From Mobula hypostoma (lineage: Eukaryota): a DNA stretch of 64,000 nt. The stretch covers positions 42,410,001 to 42,474,000 of the forward strand of contig NC_086097.1 of the NCBI RefSeq assembly GCF_963921235.1, read 5' to 3'. This document shows positions 62,601 to 64,000 of the stretch, in pieces (the stretch's first letter is position 1; every line of letters begins with the position of its first letter). A program made the translations under genes and the position numbers. The notes beneath the pieces are model-generated. The model was not told the DNA's origin. It saw nothing but the letters and a program-made list of their open reading frames with translations, and ran no database searches.

Positions 62601-63559
62601 CACTTGGGTAGTAGAAATAAATGTGCAGATTATTTTCTAAACAGGGAGAAAATCTAGGAATCTGAGATACAGAGGGACTTGGGAGTCCTTGTGCAGAACA
62701 CCCTGAAGGTTAATTTGCAGGCTGAGTTGGTGGTGAGGAAGGCAAATGCCATGTTAGCACTAATTTCAAGAGGTCTAGAATACAAGAGCACGGATGTGAT
62801 GCTGAGGCTTTATAAGGCACTGGTGAGGCCTCACCTTGAGTATAGTGAACAGTCTGGGGGTCCTCATCTTAGAAGAGATGTGCTGGCATTGCAGAGGGTT
62901 CAGAGGAGGTTCACAAGGATGATTCCAGGAACGGGAAAGGGTTATCATATGAGGAACATTTGATGGCTCTGGGTCTGTACTCGCTGGAATTCTGAAGAAT
63001 GAGGGAAGATCACATTGAGACCTTTCGAATGTTGAAAGGCCTAGACAGAGTAGATGTGGAAAGGATGTTTCCCATGGTGGCAGGGTCTAGGACAAGAGGG
63101 AACAGCCTCAAGATAGAGGGGCACCCTTTCAAAACAGAGATGCGAAGAAATTTCTTTAGCCAATGAGTGGTGGATTTGTGGAATTTGTTGCCACGTGCAG
63201 CTGTGGAGGCCAGGTCGTTGGATGCATTTAAGGCAGAGACTGATTGGTTCTTGATTGGACATGGCATCAAAGGTTATGGGGAGAAGGCTGGGAACTGGGG
63301 TTGAGGAGGAAGGAAATAAAAGGATCAGCCATGATTGAATGGTGGAGCAGATTCGATGGGCCAAATGGCCTGATTCTGCTCCCATGTCTTATGGTCTAAT
63401 ATTCTTGCTAGAGCGGCTTATTAAAATCTATAATCAATTATTTTTCTCTTTATTTTACAGTCTGCAATTCTTTTTCTCCCTCTTAATACAATCGTTGACA
63501 GAAAATTTGCAATTGAAAAGCAGGCCAATCAGCCCAACGTATTCCCACCTTCCAGTACT

Positions 63560-64000
63560 ACACTCGATGGCCACTTTATTAGGTACACCTGCTCATTAAT
63601 GTGAATGTCTAACCAGCCAATCATGTGGAAGCAACTCAATGTATATAATATGCAGACATGGTCAGGAGATTCAGTGTTGTTCAGCCCAAACATTAGAATG
63701 GGGAAGAAATGTGATCCAAGTGATTTTGACCGTGGAATGATTGGTGGTTCCAGAAAGGATGGTTTGAGTACCTGAAAAATGGCTGATCTCCTGGGGTTTT
63801 CATATACTGCAGTCTCTAGAGTTTACAGAGAATGGTGGGGGGAAAAAAAGCAAAAAAAAAAAAAATCCAGTCAGCAGCAGTTCTTTGGGAGGAAATGCCT
63901 TGTTAACGAGAGAGGTCAGAGGAGAATGGCCAGACTGGTTCAAGCTGATGGAAAGGCCACAGCAACTCGCATATCTATGCATTACAATAGTGGCGTGCAA
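63560..64000 (+). mobile_element. Tc1-like element, runs off the window end
   Basis: ta|cactcgatggccactttattaggtacacc; uninterrupted version of 24859-25730. Confidence 0.8.

Larger units (their letters stand above)
58720..63398 (+). mobile_element. Near full-length decayed CR1 LINE (5' UTR, ORF1 zinc finger/coiled coil/SGNH esterase, ORF2 APE-RT, tail)
   Basis: ORF1 CSSC..CMEC, VVGDSVVRG, HIGINDI, DGLHLN; ORF2 YRPP..MGDF..SDH, KSPGPDELHP, LDFQKAFD, FADDT; tail tgtcttatggtct; many stops. Confidence 0.95.

Overview
Eukaryotic, gene-poor, repeat-dominated 64 kb. The repeat make-up (many CR1 LINEs, Rex1/Babar LINEs, Penelope-like elements, a V-SINE) suggests a cartilaginous fish, probably a ray; this is inference. 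No host protein-coding gene could be identified. Almost all recognisable ORFs are decayed transposon genes: a near full-length CR1 (58.7-63.4 kb), two decayed Gypsy LTR elements (one a chromovirus), several solo LTRs with exact target-site duplications, Rex1/Babar and R4/Dong fragments, and Tc1, hAT and Tigger remnants, often nested. The most interesting signals are (1) minimal hammerhead-ribozyme motifs in the Penelope-like ends, several intact and placed on opposite strands of long fold-back insertions, and (2) a ~32-unit 36-bp tandem array (8.1-9.3 kb) whose variants keep frame and are mostly synonymous in one minus-strand frame (EKAGWLSSTPEG)n. Boundaries without a cited TSD are approximate. 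Family names come from motif recognition, not database searches.
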